From an uncultured delta proteobacterium (lineage in GTDB: Bacteria > Desulfobacterota > Desulfomonilia > UBA1062), in the NCBI GenBank assembly GCA_963785235.1, contig CAWAUM010000005.1, forward strand, positions 192,001 through 256,000: 64,000 nt of DNA, in the 5' to 3' direction. Shown here one piece after another: positions 41,199-51,359 of the stretch. The stretch's first letter is position 1, and each line of letters starts with the position of its first letter. The position numbers were made by a program, and so were the translations under genes. The notes below the pieces were generated by a model, which was given only the letters and a program-made list of their open reading frames with translations, ran no database searches and was not told where the DNA came from.

Positions 41199-43376
41199 AT
41201 GAAAAATACCAAAAAGACAAAAGGTAAGCTCTTAAAAGAATCAGCCATGTCGCAAAGATTGACTGATGAATTAAGAGATTCTGCGTTAGAGCATAAACGC
41301 ATTGAGGAGGCAATCAAGGGAAGCGAAGAGCGCTACCGCGATCTTGTAGAGAATGCCCACGATGTACTCTGGGTCTTTGACCTCAACCTGGGGTATACCT
41401 ATATAAGTCCTTCGGTAAAGCGCCTCAGGGGTTACAGTGTTGAAGAGGCTATGAAACTCAGCATCAAACAGCTCCTCTCCCCGGCATCCTATCAAAAGTC
41501 CATGGAGATATTCGAAAGAGAACGACGCCTGGTGATGGACGGGCATCGACATAGCCCTGATTGGTCAATAACAACCGAGCTTGAAATGAATCGCAAGGAT
41601 GGTTCTTTAGTCTGGACTGAAGTCACCATGAACCCTCTCTATGACGAACAGCAAAGAATCAAGGGTATTATGGGGATAACCCGTGATATTTCCGATCGTA
41701 AGAAGGCCGAGGAGGCATTGAGCAGGAGCGAGGCCAAGTATCGTTTCCTCACCGAGAATATGAACGATATCGTATGGACGGCGGATCTAAATTTAAATGT
41801 AACCTATGACAGCCCTGCCGTAGAAAGGGTCCTGGGTTTCACCGTGAACGAGCGTATGACACAGGAAGCCCATACGATGCTGACCCCTGATTCTTTTGCC
41901 AGGGCAGTCGAAACCCTGCATGCCGAGCTCAAACGGGATCATGATGAAGGCGTTGACCCACACAGAAGCATAAAGCTGGAATTGGAGTATTATCACAAGA
42001 ACGGATCGATTGTGTGGATGGAATGCATTATGAGAGCGATCCGCAACGATGCCGGGGATATCATCGGGATACATGGGGTGTCGCGCGATATCACCGAGCG
42101 CAAGCAGGCGGAGGAAGAACTAAAGAAGCACCGCGATAACCTGGAAAGGCTTGTTAAAGAACGCACGGCCAAGCTTGTGATGGCCATTGAACAGATGGAA
42201 AAACAGATTGAGGAACGCAGGCAGGCTGTAGAATCATTGCGCGTCAGTGAAGAGATATACCGCATCCATTTTTCACTCAGCGACGATGTCATGTTTACGA
42301 GTGATGAAGCTTTCAGGGTTCTAAGCGTCACACCGAACGTGGAAAGGATCCTCGGATACAAGCCCAGGGAGCTGATCGGAAAAACATTTCTGGAACTGGA
42401 AGTACTCCATCCGGACGACATGGGCAAGGCTGTTGACGATACAATACATGTGCTCTCCGGAGGAGCGAGCCGCCGTCCGACATACCGCTTTATCACCAAA
42501 GACGGAAAAATAAAATTCGGTGAGGTGAGCGGTGTCCCCCTCATAAAGAAGGGTCATGGAGTAACTTTGATCTCGGTGGCCAGGGATGTCACTGAGCGCA
42601 TGGAAAAAGAACAGTCCCTTCTCGAAATCCTTGACAGGTACAATACCCATTTCACACTCACCGATGATGTCATGTTTTCCTTCGATCACAAGCTAAGGTT
42701 TAATAGTATCTCACCGAACGTAGAGAAAGTCACTGGGTACAAGCCTGAAGAACTTATGGGGAAACCCGCCCATAAACTTGGTGTGTTCCCCCCTGAATAT
42801 CAGCATGAGGCTTATGATGAAGCCATGCATCTGCTCTCAGGGCAGACAATCAATTCCTCCATCTATGAGTTCATAACCAAAGACGGAAAACGGAAGTTCG
42901 GCGAGTTCAGCAGCAGTCCCTTGAAACGGGATGGCAGAGTGGTTGAAATAATCACTGTTGCCAGGGAAATCACAGAACGCATCAAGAAAGAAAAGTCACT
43001 TCAGGAGACTGAAGCAACAGCACAGGCACTGCTGAACGCATGTACAGATTTCATGGTTTTGATAGACATCAAAGGAACAATAATTCATGTGAACAAAGCG
43101 GCTTCAGATAATCTGGGTAGAAGCGTTAACGAATTGTTGGGGACCTGTTTTTTCGATGAAATGCCGAAAGAAGTGGCGGATAGGAGAAAGATTTACGTTG
43201 AGAAAGTCATCAGCTCGGGCAGTCCGGTACGCTTTAAAGATGAAAACAAAGGAAGATTGATTCACAGCAGTTTATTCCCCGTCTTCAACGAACTGGGAAA
43301 GGTTACTAAAATTGCCATTCACGCCCGGGACATCACTGAGACCAATCCAGTCATTTTTAAAGGCAAAATTGATTAA
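41199..43376 (+). CDS. Multi-PAS domain protein (about 5 PAS/PAC) with no recognisable output domain
   Basis: Repeated YISPSVxxxxGY...KDG...RDITER units and a coiled-coil ERLVKERTAKL; ends shortly after the last RDITE. Confidence 0.85.
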   Translation: MKNTKKTKGKLLKESAMSQRLTDELRDSALEHKRIEEAIKGSEERYRDLVENAHDVLWVFDLNLGYTYISPSVKRLRGYSVEEAMKLSIKQLLSPASYQKSMEIFERERRLVMDGHRHSPDWSITTELEMNRKDGSLVWTEVTMNPLYDEQQRIKGIMGITRDISDRKKAEEALSRSEAKYRFLTENMNDIVWTADLNLNVTYDSPAVERVLGFTVNERMTQEAHTMLTPDSFARAVETLHAELKRDHDEGVDPHRSIKLELEYYHKNGSIVWMECIMRAIRNDAGDIIGIHGVSRDITERKQAEEELKKHRDNLERLVKERTAKLVMAIEQMEKQIEERRQAVESLRVSEEIYRIHFSLSDDVMFTSDEAFRVLSVTPNVERILGYKPRELIGKTFLELEVLHPDDMGKAVDDTIHVLSGGASRRPTYRFITKDGKIKFGEVSGVPLIKKGHGVTLISVARDVTERMEKEQSLLEILDRYNTHFTLTDDVMFSFDHKLRFNSISPNVEKVTGYKPEELMGKPAHKLGVFPPEYQHEAYDEAMHLLSGQTINSSIYEFITKDGKRKFGEFSSSPLKRDGRVVEIITVAREITERIKKEKSLQETEATAQALLNACTDFMVLIDIKGTIIHVNKAASDNLGRSVNELLGTCFFDEMPKEVADRRKIYVEKVISSGSPVRFKDENKGRLIHSSLFPVFNELGKVTKIAIHARDITETNPVIFKGKID

Positions 43377-43420
43377 AAAATCTGAACTGGATATCTGCCT
43401 GACCGTATTTCAACCCGGCA

Positions 43421-45205
43421 TCATGGGTGGCCATCCTTGAACCACTGCGGGTGGGAGAAGAAGTACGCTTCCCCATATTGCTTCAGCATATCGCCGTTGA
43501 ACCCCATGACATCTTTACTGCTTGCCAGGACAGCAGTAGGCCACCACAGCCAGGCATCTTCATAGTTCTCATAGAGCGCCTTTTCCAGTTCAAAATAAAT
43601 CCTGGTCCTCTTGGCCTCATTCACATTCTCTCTGCCTGCCTTGATAAGCGAAATGGCCTTCTCGTTATGGCTTCTGCCATTGTTAAAGGGGCTGACCGGG
43701 TCATAGAGCAGGGTGGCGATATGGTCGGGTTCCTGGATCCACGGGTGGAGATTCCCCACCATGTCGAAGTCCTTTTTCTTAAAGGGTTCAAGCATGCCTG
43801 ATACACTCAGATAAACGGGCTTCCACGTTATACCCACCTTTTCGAGCATGGCCATTACGGCCTTAGCAAAGGCCTGGGCCTCGGGTAAATTAAGGGTGAA
43901 CCCTTTAAGCGTCAGTCCGTTTGGATAACCGGCCTGGGCAAGGAGCTTTTTGGACAATTCCGGATCATAGCCCACAGGTGACAGGTCAGGATTATGTGCC
44001 CAGTGGTCGTCGGGGTACATGCAGCTTGCTACCCTGCCCAGGCCGAACTGTGTTCCCATGACCAAAGCCTTCCTGTCTATGGCATGAGATATGGCCTGGC
44101 GGACCCTGATGTCGGCGCAGGGGCCTTTTGCATTGTTGAAGGTCAAATATATCAGCCAGTTCATGGGCATGGTGTGAACATTGAAATTGGGATCGTTTTT
44201 TACCAGCTTGTACTGGATGGCATCTGCAACGATAAAGTCGAGCTTGCCAGCCTTGAGGTTTGCCAATCGAACAGAAGGATCCGGGATAATCGAGATCCTC
44301 ATTCCATCGAAATAAGGCATGTCCGGCATCCCGATGCTTCGACCGAACCACCAGGCAGGGTTGCGTTTCAATTGCAGATAGTTATCCGTGCTTGCCTTCT
44401 CCAGCATATACGGCCCTGTGCCCACCGGGTTCGTATCGAGGGGCTTGGCGTCCTTTGCTATGGTGGAATAGTGTTTCAGCTGTGTTTCCAGATCAGCGAG
44501 TATTTGTTTTGCCTTGTCGGCCTTTGGCGCATCCTTTTCCACTGCAGCCTTTCGTCTGGCGCTTACGATCTCACGTTCGAGCCTTTTCACCTTGGTAAGG
44601 GCGGAATCTTTCTCAAGTGCCCTGGCCGATATTACATATCCCGGCACACTTGCCATGGTCCCTAAAAAGGCGCCCCAGGGCCTTTTAAAATGCCACTTCA
44701 CCGTGTACTCATCCATCACTTCAACCGATTTCAGCGGCTCGATCCATACCCTTGTCCAGGCTGCATTGTCTTTGTCCATTATCCAGTCCATCTGGTATTT
44801 GAGGCCCTGGGCATTGAAGGGGGACCCGTCGTGGAAAAGGACACCCTTCTTGAGCTTCATGACTACAGTTGCGTCATCAAGATACTCCCATGACTCGGCA
44901 AGCCATGGGGTCGTGGGCTTCTGGCTGCTGTCAAGATTGATGAGCTTTTCATACATATAGCTCATGGATACCCAGTCCAGGACAGGGAAGTGGTTGGGGT
45001 TCATCAGCCCTATGTACAAAGGTGATGCAGAGCGCATATAGCCGCCCCTGACAGGCTTGTCGGGACAGTATTTCTGCCCCCATTCCATCCACCCCGGTTT
45101 AGCCTTTGTATTGTCCTGTGCCCATGACGGGGCAGCATAAAATAGTGCCAGCAACAGAAACATCCCAATTGCAATGCCGGATAATGCCATCAGCCGTTTC
45201 TTCAT
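43421..45205 (-). CDS. Family 5 (Opp/Dpp) ABC substrate-binding protein with helical insertion
   Basis: Signal peptide, PWLAESWE, GVLFHDGSPFNA, PVGTGPY, VRQAISHAIDR. Confidence 0.9.
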   Translation of the reverse strand: MKKRLMALSGIAIGMFLLLALFYAAPSWAQDNTKAKPGWMEWGQKYCPDKPVRGGYMRSASPLYIGLMNPNHFPVLDWVSMSYMYEKLINLDSSQKPTTPWLAESWEYLDDATVVMKLKKGVLFHDGSPFNAQGLKYQMDWIMDKDNAAWTRVWIEPLKSVEVMDEYTVKWHFKRPWGAFLGTMASVPGYVISARALEKDSALTKVKRLEREIVSARRKAAVEKDAPKADKAKQILADLETQLKHYSTIAKDAKPLDTNPVGTGPYMLEKASTDNYLQLKRNPAWWFGRSIGMPDMPYFDGMRISIIPDPSVRLANLKAGKLDFIVADAIQYKLVKNDPNFNVHTMPMNWLIYLTFNNAKGPCADIRVRQAISHAIDRKALVMGTQFGLGRVASCMYPDDHWAHNPDLSPVGYDPELSKKLLAQAGYPNGLTLKGFTLNLPEAQAFAKAVMAMLEKVGITWKPVYLSVSGMLEPFKKKDFDMVGNLHPWIQEPDHIATLLYDPVSPFNNGRSHNEKAISLIKAGRENVNEAKRTRIYFELEKALYENYEDAWLWWPTAVLASSKDVMGFNGDMLKQYGEAYFFSHPQWFKDGHP

Positions 45206-45236
45206 AGTAACGATAACCTCCTTTAAGCATAATCTA

Positions 45237-46223
45237 TTAGAGTCCAAAATGGCAGGCTGCCATATGATTGTTGGTCTGTATTTTTTTCAGTACGGGTTTG
45301 GATTCCATGCATATTTTTTGTGCCAGAGGACATCTGGGATGAAACCTGCATCCACCAGGGGCGTTGAAAAGGCTTGGGACCTCACCTTTGATCATGCAAT
45401 GTTCACGGGTGTATTCCATCTCAGGGTCCGGTATGGGTACTGCTGCAAGCAGGGCCTTGGTGTATGGGTGCCCCGGATTATGATAGAGCTCGGTTCTGTC
45501 GGCTATTTCAACTATTTCACCCAGATACATAACGGCAATCCTGTCGCTGATATGCCTGACAACGGCCAGGTCATGGGCTATGAACAGGTAGGTCAGGTTT
45601 AACTTCTCCTGCAGTTTCTCAAGCAGATTGATTATCTGGGCCTGAATGGATACATCAAGGGCGGAGACTGGTTCATCACAGACAATAAAGCTTGGATTCA
45701 CGGCCAAGGCCCTGGCAATCCCTATGCGCTGCCGCTGCCCGCCGCTGAATTCATGAGGATATCTTCTGGCCATGGCCGGGTTCAGCCCTACTATCTCCAG
45801 CAGGTGCGAGACCTGATCAGCGTATTCCCCTTTGCCATTGGTCAGATTGTGGATCAAGAGCGCTTCGCCTACAATATCCGATACCCTCATCCTTGGATCC
45901 AGAGATCCATAAGGGTCCTGGTAGATTATCTGCATGTGCTTTCGAAGCTTCCTGCGAGAGTTCTTTCCGAGTTTGGTTATATCCGTACCCTCAAAGAGAA
46001 CTTTCCCTGATGTAGGGTGCTCAAGCTGAAGAATTGTCCGGCCGGTTGTCGTCTTTCCACAGCCGCTTTCTCCCACAAGCCCGAGTGTTTCACCTTTTGA
46101 GATGTGAAAACTCACATTATCAACCGCTTTGAGAACGCCTGTCTTTTTTTTAAAAACCACACCACGGTAAAGGGTAAAATGCGTTGAAAGATCTATAACC
46201 TGAAGGAGTGCAGGGGTGTCCAT
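45237..46223 (-). CDS. Opp/Dpp ABC ATPase (OppF/DppF-like)
   Basis: GESGCGKTT, FSGGQRQR, CDEPVSALD, GCRFHPRC. Confidence 0.93.
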   Translation of the reverse strand: MDTPALLQVIDLSTHFTLYRGVVFKKKTGVLKAVDNVSFHISKGETLGLVGESGCGKTTTGRTILQLEHPTSGKVLFEGTDITKLGKNSRRKLRKHMQIIYQDPYGSLDPRMRVSDIVGEALLIHNLTNGKGEYADQVSHLLEIVGLNPAMARRYPHEFSGGQRQRIGIARALAVNPSFIVCDEPVSALDVSIQAQIINLLEKLQEKLNLTYLFIAHDLAVVRHISDRIAVMYLGEIVEIADRTELYHNPGHPYTKALLAAVPIPDPEMEYTREHCMIKGEVPSLFNAPGGCRFHPRCPLAQKICMESKPVLKKIQTNNHMAACHFGL

Positions 46224-46224
46224 T

Positions 46225-47187
46225 TCAGGCACCCATCCAGCACGCTACTTCATGGTTGTCGGATACTTCTCTGAGAGCCGGGTGTTCTTCCCTGCATCGG
46301 TCCATCACCTGAGAGCACCGGGGGTGGAATGAGCACCCGGAAGGCAGAAAGGCAAGGTCCGGGGGTTGGCCTTCTATGGAGACGAGTTTCTTTTTGATAT
46401 CCTGATCCAGCCTCGGGACCGACTCCATGAGCCCTATGGTGTAGGGGTGCATGGGTCTGCGGTAAAGGTCCCTAGTCAGGGCCTTTTCAATGATGCGGCC
46501 TGCATACATGACAAGTACCTTATCAGCATAACGGGCAACAACACCCAGGTTATGGGTGATGATAATAAGGGCAGTGCCGCGGCTACGTGTAAGGTTCTTC
46601 ATGAGCTCCAGGAGCTCGGCCTGGATGGTTACATCGAGCGCAGTGGTCGGCTCGTCTGCTATTATCAGTTCGGGATCGCAGGAAAGCCCCATGGCGATCA
46701 TGGCACGTTGTCTCATGCCGCCGCTGAACTCATGCGGGAAAGCGCCGGCCCTGGCCCCGGCATCGGGGATTTGCACGCCCTTCAGGAGTTCTATGCAATC
46801 CTTCATCGCCGCTTTCCTCCCCATGCCCTTATGGAGCATGAGGGGTTCCATAACCTGGCGTCCTATTGTCAGTACCGGGTTGAGGGAGGTCATGGGCTCC
46901 TGGAAGATCATGGCAATCCGGTTACCCCTGATATGGCACATCTCATCCTCACGTAAAGACAAGAGATCCCTGCCTTGAAAGATAACTTCTCCCTTCACGA
47001 TCTTACCCGGTGGGTTGGGGATGAGCCGCATGATCGATAAGGCGCTCACGGTCTTTCCGCAGCCGCTTTCACCGACAATACCCAGCGTCTCACCTTCATG
47101 GAGATCAAAGGATACATCCTCCACGGCCTTTATGATGCCATGGTCGGTGAAGAAATTCGTACTTAAATCTCGAACCTCGAGCAACAT
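46225..47187 (-). CDS. Opp/Dpp ABC ATPase (OppD/DppD-like)
   Basis: GESGCGKT, FSGGMRQR, ADEPTTALDVTIQ, GCSFHPRC. Confidence 0.93.
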   Translation of the reverse strand: MLLEVRDLSTNFFTDHGIIKAVEDVSFDLHEGETLGIVGESGCGKTVSALSIMRLIPNPPGKIVKGEVIFQGRDLLSLREDEMCHIRGNRIAMIFQEPMTSLNPVLTIGRQVMEPLMLHKGMGRKAAMKDCIELLKGVQIPDAGARAGAFPHEFSGGMRQRAMIAMGLSCDPELIIADEPTTALDVTIQAELLELMKNLTRSRGTALIIITHNLGVVARYADKVLVMYAGRIIEKALTRDLYRRPMHPYTIGLMESVPRLDQDIKKKLVSIEGQPPDLAFLPSGCSFHPRCSQVMDRCREEHPALREVSDNHEVACWMGA

Positions 47188-47197
47188 GTTGCAAGCC

Positions 47198-48112
47198 TCA
47201 TTTCACAAAAGTATTATTCCGGCGCAGCCGGGGATCGAGAGCGTCCCTGAGACCGTCCCCCATAAAGTTAAAGGCCAGGACCGCCAGCGTTATCATCAAC
47301 CCCGGCGCTAACGAAAACAGCGGCACGATCTCCAGGTAGGAATAGCCGACCCTCAGTTCGTTTCCCCAGCTCGATGTGGGTTGTTGAACGCCCAGGCCCA
47401 GAAAAGATACGGCGCTTTCAAGCATGATGTTACCTCCCAGGGCTATGGTGGCAGTGATGATAACAGGGGCCATGACATTGGGCAGCAGATGCTTGAACAT
47501 TATCCTGAAGCCGGAAGCGCCCAGAGCATGGGCTGCCTCCACATAGGGAAGTTCGCGCACGAGCATGACCTGGCCCCTGACGATCCGGGCAAACCATGTC
47601 CATGAAAGGATTGTGATTGAGATGACGATACTCTGCATCCCCGGTCCCAGGGCAGATACGATAACAAGCATCAGCACCAGCGCAGGCACACACATGAAGG
47701 TGTCTGTTATGCGCATGATGACCATGTCCACAACACCGCCCTTATAACCGGCAACGAGACCGATGAGCACACCGATGACAGCAGAAAAGAAGGTCGAGAG
47801 TGCGCCCATCATCAATGTGGCACGGGAACCGTAGATAACTCGTGAAAGCAGATCACGGCCAACATCGTCCGTGCCAAGCATGTGCACCCTGGTTGGGCCT
47901 TCAAGGACATGGTAGAGGTCCTGCTCATTAGGGTCGTAGGGAGCAAGAAAGGGCGCAAAGACAGCCATGGCGGTAAGGAACAAAAGAATGACGATTCCTG
48001 CAAAGGCGACCCTGTGATGTGCGAGGAGCAGGAAGACCTCACGTGTTCGAGTCCTTTGTTCCGGTAGGCAAGGCCCCTGATCCTGACCGTTCTTACCCTT
48101 GCCCATCTTCAT
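47198..48112 (-). CDS. Opp/Dpp ABC permease (OppC/DppC-like)
   Basis: LGTDDVGRDLLSR, YVEAAHALGAS EAA motif, GDGLRDALDPR. Confidence 0.93.
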   Translation of the reverse strand: MKMGKGKNGQDQGPCLPEQRTRTREVFLLLAHHRVAFAGIVILLFLTAMAVFAPFLAPYDPNEQDLYHVLEGPTRVHMLGTDDVGRDLLSRVIYGSRATLMMGALSTFFSAVIGVLIGLVAGYKGGVVDMVIMRITDTFMCVPALVLMLVIVSALGPGMQSIVISITILSWTWFARIVRGQVMLVRELPYVEAAHALGASGFRIMFKHLLPNVMAPVIITATIALGGNIMLESAVSFLGLGVQQPTSSWGNELRVGYSYLEIVPLFSLAPGLMITLAVLAFNFMGDGLRDALDPRLRRNNTFVK

Positions 48113-49068
48113 TGCTGAATCCTCACTCGCGGGTCAAGGTATCCGTATAAGAGGTCCACCAAGAGGTTCACGATCAGGATATTGATGGCCACCATAATCA
48201 GGGTAGCCTGAATAACAGGGAAATCATTTGAAAAGATCGCATTTACACCCATACGCCCCAGGCCGGGGATGGCGAACATGTACTCCACGATAAATGATCC
48301 AGCCACCACATAACCCCATGCAAGGCCTATAACGGTAACAACAGGTATCATGGCAGGCTTCATTGCATGCCTGATGAGCACGCCTCTTTTCCGCAGGCCT
48401 TTGGCGTATGCTGTACGGATATAGTCCTGGCCCAAAACCTCCAGCAGACTCGAACGCACGTATCTGCTGAGCAAACCGGCCCCATGGGTGCCCATGATGA
48501 AGGTGGGCATGGCAACGCTGGCAAGGTTGCCGGAAATACTTTCGGTGATCGGCACAAAACCGGATGGGGGGAGGAGGTGTATGATCACGGCAAAAAGATA
48601 GATCGCCACTATCCCTTCCCAGAACACCGGGATGGAAACACCGATAATAGCGCCTGTGGTAAACGAGACATCGAGCCATGAGTTCCGTTTCAACGCAGAT
48701 ATAATGCCGCAAGGGAACCCTATGATGCAGCTCCAGAGCACCGAGCCTGCAAAAAGCTCCAGAGTGATGGGCAGTCTGTGCATGAACATGGGGAGGACCT
48801 GTTCCCCTGTGGCAATGGATACCCCCCAGTCACCTTGAATGAAGTTTTTCATCCAGAGGAGGTATTGCATGTGAAGGGGTTTATCCAAACCGAACTGGGA
48901 CTTCAGGTCATTGATAATCTCGGCATTGACAGGTCCCATCCCCGAGGTCATCAACACAGCCTGGATGGGATCCCCGGGCAATACCCTGCCTAATATGAAT
49001 ATGAGGATTGAAACAAAGAACAGGATAAGCAGGGAGTAGAGGATTCTTCTGAGGATGTATTGTCTCAT
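48109..49068 (-). CDS. Opp/Dpp ABC permease (OppB/DppB-like)
   Basis: YILRR, LPGDP, DYIRTAYAKGL, FAIPGLG, LYGYLDPRVR. Confidence 0.93.
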   Translation of the reverse strand: MRQYILRRILYSLLILFFVSILIFILGRVLPGDPIQAVLMTSGMGPVNAEIINDLKSQFGLDKPLHMQYLLWMKNFIQGDWGVSIATGEQVLPMFMHRLPITLELFAGSVLWSCIIGFPCGIISALKRNSWLDVSFTTGAIIGVSIPVFWEGIVAIYLFAVIIHLLPPSGFVPITESISGNLASVAMPTFIMGTHGAGLLSRYVRSSLLEVLGQDYIRTAYAKGLRKRGVLIRHAMKPAMIPVVTVIGLAWGYVVAGSFIVEYMFAIPGLGRMGVNAIFSNDFPVIQATLIMVAINILIVNLLVDLLYGYLDPRVRIQQ

Positions 49069-49071
49069 ATC

Positions 49072-49969
49072 TTATTTAAAATAATCATCAGTATGACCTA
49101 AAAGATCCCTGGCTTTGAGTTTTACCGCACCATTAACAAAGGCTTCTTCAGGCAGTAAGTCATCAGGTGCGGAAAGGATCTTATTCAAGGTTGTGACAAA
49201 GAGCTCTCTGTCATTCTTCCAAACTGCATAGTATTTTGCATATAAAAAATACCACAACAGATACTTTGATTCCGAAATCTCAAAGGCTTCGTTGAAATGA
49301 TCTTTAGCCTGTTCAGACTGCCCGCCGAACATTTCCGGACGTGAAACAAAATTCGTAGCCCATAAGTGCATGGATGCCGCCATGATAGAATGTGTCATCC
49401 AATGCCAGGACCCTGTCCATCATGGCCTCTACCTTGGGCAGGTCATTCAATGCTTCAGAGTTATCGCTGTGGGCAAGGTTGATCCATGACAGCCATGCAT
49501 TTGTCGCGAAATACAAAGGGGCGATGTCCCGTTTATGAATGGTTTTCAGGGCATCGGTAAAGACCTGGAGGTCATCCTGCTCAAGGGCTTGTTTGAAGGT
49601 TTTATTCAGCGAGAGGTTCCGTAATGCATAGTCTCTTGCCTTGATGTAGAGCTGCCTGGCGCGGGGTTTATCCGTATCTTCCACAAAGAGAAATGCATAA
49701 CCCAGGTTGGCCTCAGCCGCACTTGTCAGCAGATATCTGTTTTCCGGGGAGACCATGATGAAGCCGTCCATCTGGATAAGCATGGCGGGCATGGCGGTGC
49801 GGACCAGATCTATATCACTGTTGCGGTTGGTTGCTAAACGCATGTCCTCCATAATGGGCCGCATGCCGTCCACCGACATCTTGGCAATGGTAGATGCGCA
49901 GCCACTGAGGAAACTTGATGAAATGATCAGGCACAGCATGGGAAATAGTATTTTGTGAGTTAAAGCCAT
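49072..49969 (-). CDS. TRAP transporter TatT-family lipoprotein (frameshift near 49360, likely sequencing error)
   Basis: Lipobox LSGC; D..LVRTAMPA.L...DG, GYAFLFVED, RARQLY..ARDY, FYHGG.H...SRPEMFGG..EQAKDHF, YAKYYA...DRELF...L; one extra G in ATGGGCT. Confidence 0.8.
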
Positions 49970-50089
49970 AACACCTCCTTCCACTACCTTTTATCATTCC
50001 AATTCCATATTCAGATTACAGGATAAGGAAAGAATACTCATCAACAAGATGGATATTCACTCCAGGGAAAAGAAGCGAGATATCCTTTT

Positions 50090-50452
50090 TTATTCTTCAT
50101 AAGGCCAGACCAACCTGCAGTCACCATAGTCGTATCCTATAGCAGGTCCTATGACGAATGTAGTCTCAGGGCCTTTGTAGGTAATACCGAATCCGATGAC
50201 ACCATCAGTATATCCAAACCCGATTATTAAACCATTCATATAGCTTCCCATGGACAAGCCGATTCCAATAGATTTAAAGCATACTGCCTCCGAGTTAAAT
50301 GTCTTGGCTCCAAAACCTATGAAAAATTTTCCAATAGGAATGCCGATTCCGCCCTTTTTACAGTCGCAATCAACTGTGCTGTCACCAGCAAAGGCCAAAG
50401 TTCCGCAACCAATAAAAGAAACGACTAATAATGTTACCATAAACTTATTCAT
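50090..50452 (-). CDS. Hypothetical exported Gly/aromatic beta-rich small protein
   Basis: Signal peptide (AFA), alternating GIG/IGFG strands, several Cys; RBS GGAGG. Confidence 0.65.
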   Translation of the reverse strand: MNKFMVTLLVVSFIGCGTLAFAGDSTVDCDCKKGGIGIPIGKFFIGFGAKTFNSEAVCFKSIGIGLSMGSYMNGLIIGFGYTDGVIGFGITYKGPETTFVIGPAIGYDYGDCRLVWPYEE

Positions 50453-50582
50453 ATTTAAAACCTCCTCCATTTCTTTTCTTTAAAAATCATCTCATCGTAC
50501 AATTAATTTTGAATAAATTTAGACTACCTTGAATGAGTAAGGTTAAAATACCACTTGACAGGAAGAATGTAATATAGCATTA

Positions 50583-50605
50583 ATTGGTCGGACCACCCGA
50601 CCAAT
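50583..50605. promoter_or_regulatory. Putative FadR/GntR operator
   Basis: Perfect IR ATTGGTCGG-accac-CCGACCAAT containing TGGTCGGACCA (FadR-subfamily TGGT-N3-ACCA); downstream of TTGACA at 50555. Confidence 0.75.
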
Positions 50606-50623
50606 AAACGCAGGAGAAGTGTC

Positions 50624-51359
50624 ATGAACATGCCGGCATCACGATTGAAGCAGCTGAGCAGGAGCAGACTCTATGAGAAGATCGCAGCACTGCTCCTGAA
50701 GAAGATCATCAAGGGAGAGATGAAGGTAGGCCAGAAGCTTCCCACCGAGAGAAACCTCGCCCTGACCTTGGAAGTCAACCGTTCGACAGTGCGCGAGGCC
50801 CTTAAAAAACTGGAGTCGCTCGATGTCATCGAGATCAGGCACGGTGACGGAGTATATGTGAAGAATTATATGGAGAGTCCGAATCTCGAACTCGTCAATG
50901 CCCTGTTTTATCTTGATGACACCCTTGACTCGGACATTCTCATGACCCTGCTTGAAGTAAGGCGTATCCTTGTACCTGAGATGGCATCCATTGCGGCACT
51001 GAACAGGTCTGAAGACCACCTGAAAACTCTTGAAGAGGTTGTGTTTCACAACCAGGACTCCACGGTGATGATCAGAGATATGAAGGTCCACCACACCATT
51101 GCCCTGGCAAGCGGCAATATCTTGTATCTTATCCTGCTGAATTTTTTCAACGGATTCTTTGTTGATTTCGGCCATCTCTATTTCGACAACCAGGATAATG
51201 CACAGCGGTCGGAACGCTTTCACAAGGAGATCTATGAGCTCCATCAAGAACGCAGACCCACAGCGGTCGAAGCAGGTCATGTTCGATGTGCTGGTTTATG
51301 CCGAACAGGCCATCCGTGCATATATACAAAACGTGAATGAAAAGGGGCAGCGCATATGA
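50624..51359 (+). CDS. FadR-subfamily GntR regulator (frameshift near 51239, likely sequencing error)
   Basis: KLPTERNLA...VNRSTVREALKKL...IRHGDG wHTH; removing one C gives EIYESIKNAD... ending in an ATGA overlap with glpD. Confidence 0.88.

Noticed and set aside
47216-47234. REP-like ATTCCGGCGCAGCCGGGAT at the 3' end of the DppC-like gene
   Set aside because: Largely explained by codons of the conserved LDPRLR terminus; imperfect palindrome.
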